Shown here: positions 62,954 through 64,000 of the stretch, in pieces
Position numbering within the stretch: the first letter of the stretch is position 1
How the letters are laid out: every line of letters starts with the position of its first letter
Origin: Narcine bancroftii
Taxonomy: Eukaryota
NCBI RefSeq assembly: GCF_036971445.1
Contig: NC_091470.1
Location: 139,934,001 to 139,998,000, forward strand
DNA length: 64,000 bases
Direction of reading: 5' to 3'
Program-made: the position numbers and the translations under genes
The notes under the pieces: model-generated
The model's database searches: none
Told to the model about the DNA's origin: nothing
What the model saw: the letters and a program-made list of their open reading frames with translations, nothing else

Positions 62954-64000
62954 ACAATGTGCCCTTCAGTCTGTGGGAGTAATGGGTCGGCCCCCTGTGT
63001 CCAATCGCTGTAGGTGACCGCCTTTCCCTGCCATGCCTGCAGTCTGAATTACCCCACCACGCCTCGCCTTTGAAGGCGGAACTGTGATGTCGATAGATTC
63101 ATAGAGAGGCAGGGGTTGTGCTGTGAGGAAGTGATGCAGGCGGCAGACGCCCAATCTGACGGTGACATTCGGATCGGACAGAACGGTGGACTCCGAATGA
63201 AACCTGGTTTTGAGTCCCAGAGCGAGTGAGAGCGAATCCGTTGAAGGATGGTGCATGCTCCAGCGTGCTTCGTTCAGTTTATGATCTCCCTCCCGGGTAA
63301 CTATCTCCAACAGGCACAGGGAAACGAGACCAAATAACTTTGGTGGCGGGCGGAACAAGACTCCCATCCAATCTCTTTCCGGATGGAATCCTGGGTTTGG
63401 AGAGCGTGGAAATAGGCGCTTCGGCCCAATGTTCACATGTTACCCTAACCGCCCAAGTCCCACATACTCCCAAACGCTTCCTGACTGTGAATCCGTCCAA
63501 GTGCCCACCTGGCTAAGTCCAGATTCAACCCGTCCTACCTGTGGTTCCGTCCCACCCACACTGGTCGCACCTGTCCCACAATCTGTTAAACCCGGTCCCA
63601 TCTTCGGATCCGCCCAACTGATTCTACACTGATGCAGTAGACCCTCACCAAACCACACACTGCCCCAACGCGTTCTGTACACCCACCGCCCTCCATACCA
63701 CTCAAGGTCCTGTTAAAGCTCTACCCCCTCACCTCCAATCCTCCGAGGCATCGCGATCCAAGTTTGCGACGGGGACGGGTGCGAGCAGTGGAGGTGGAGT
63801 GGGGGGGGGGGAGGAAGTGGGGGGAGCAGGGACGCAATTGAAGCAGCCTCTGCCCCATATGTTTTCCCGGCCTCTTCAGGGAGGGTTGGGAGGTGATCGG
63901 GGGGAAAGGGGACTGAAAGCGCACAGCTCAGGTGCCGAGAATTCCATTAGCAAATTTTGGCGACAAATCTTGTCTCTCTCTCTCTCTCTCACTCACCCTC

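Noticed and set aside
63315-63365. J-like FGGG(x)TRL sequence TTTGGTGGCGGGCGGAACAAGACTC
   Set aside because: It needs a 4-bp deletion to read in frame, has no properly spaced RSS or splice donor, and lies on the opposite strand to the D.
63945-63956. Ig octamer-like TTAGCAAAT
   Set aside because: Only 6/8 match to ATGCAAAT, with no leader exon nearby.

Overview
Vertebrate genomic DNA, most likely a cartilaginous fish. That assignment is inferred from the CR1, L1 and Gypsy families and cannot be proven from this window. The window is almost entirely retroelements and simple or tandem repeats, and I can support no intact host protein-coding gene. The long P/S/L-rich or G/E/R-rich ORFs are repeat artefacts. 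The key non-repeat signal is a 14-bp antigen-receptor D segment at 4687-4700 (minus strand GGAACAGCGGGAGC), flanked by an exactly spaced 12-RSS and 23-RSS, the TRB/TRD-type configuration. A 4.3-kb 28-bp satellite lies just downstream of it, and no V segment is visible in the ~59 kb upstream. That upstream interval holds two TSD-resolved nests. Nest 1 (22462-33257) is solo LTR > CsRn1-like Gypsy > near full-length L1. Nest 2 (~34092-53540) is Gypsy > HERV-I/IP-like provirus with a tRNA-Pro PBS > full-length L1 > AviRTE-like RTE, plus an inverted solo LTR of the same ERV family inside its RT. Also present are CR1 and L1 fragments, LINE-derived minisatellites, multi-kb purine/pyrimidine tracts and a 216-N assembly gap. 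Many repeat-fragment boundaries are approximate.
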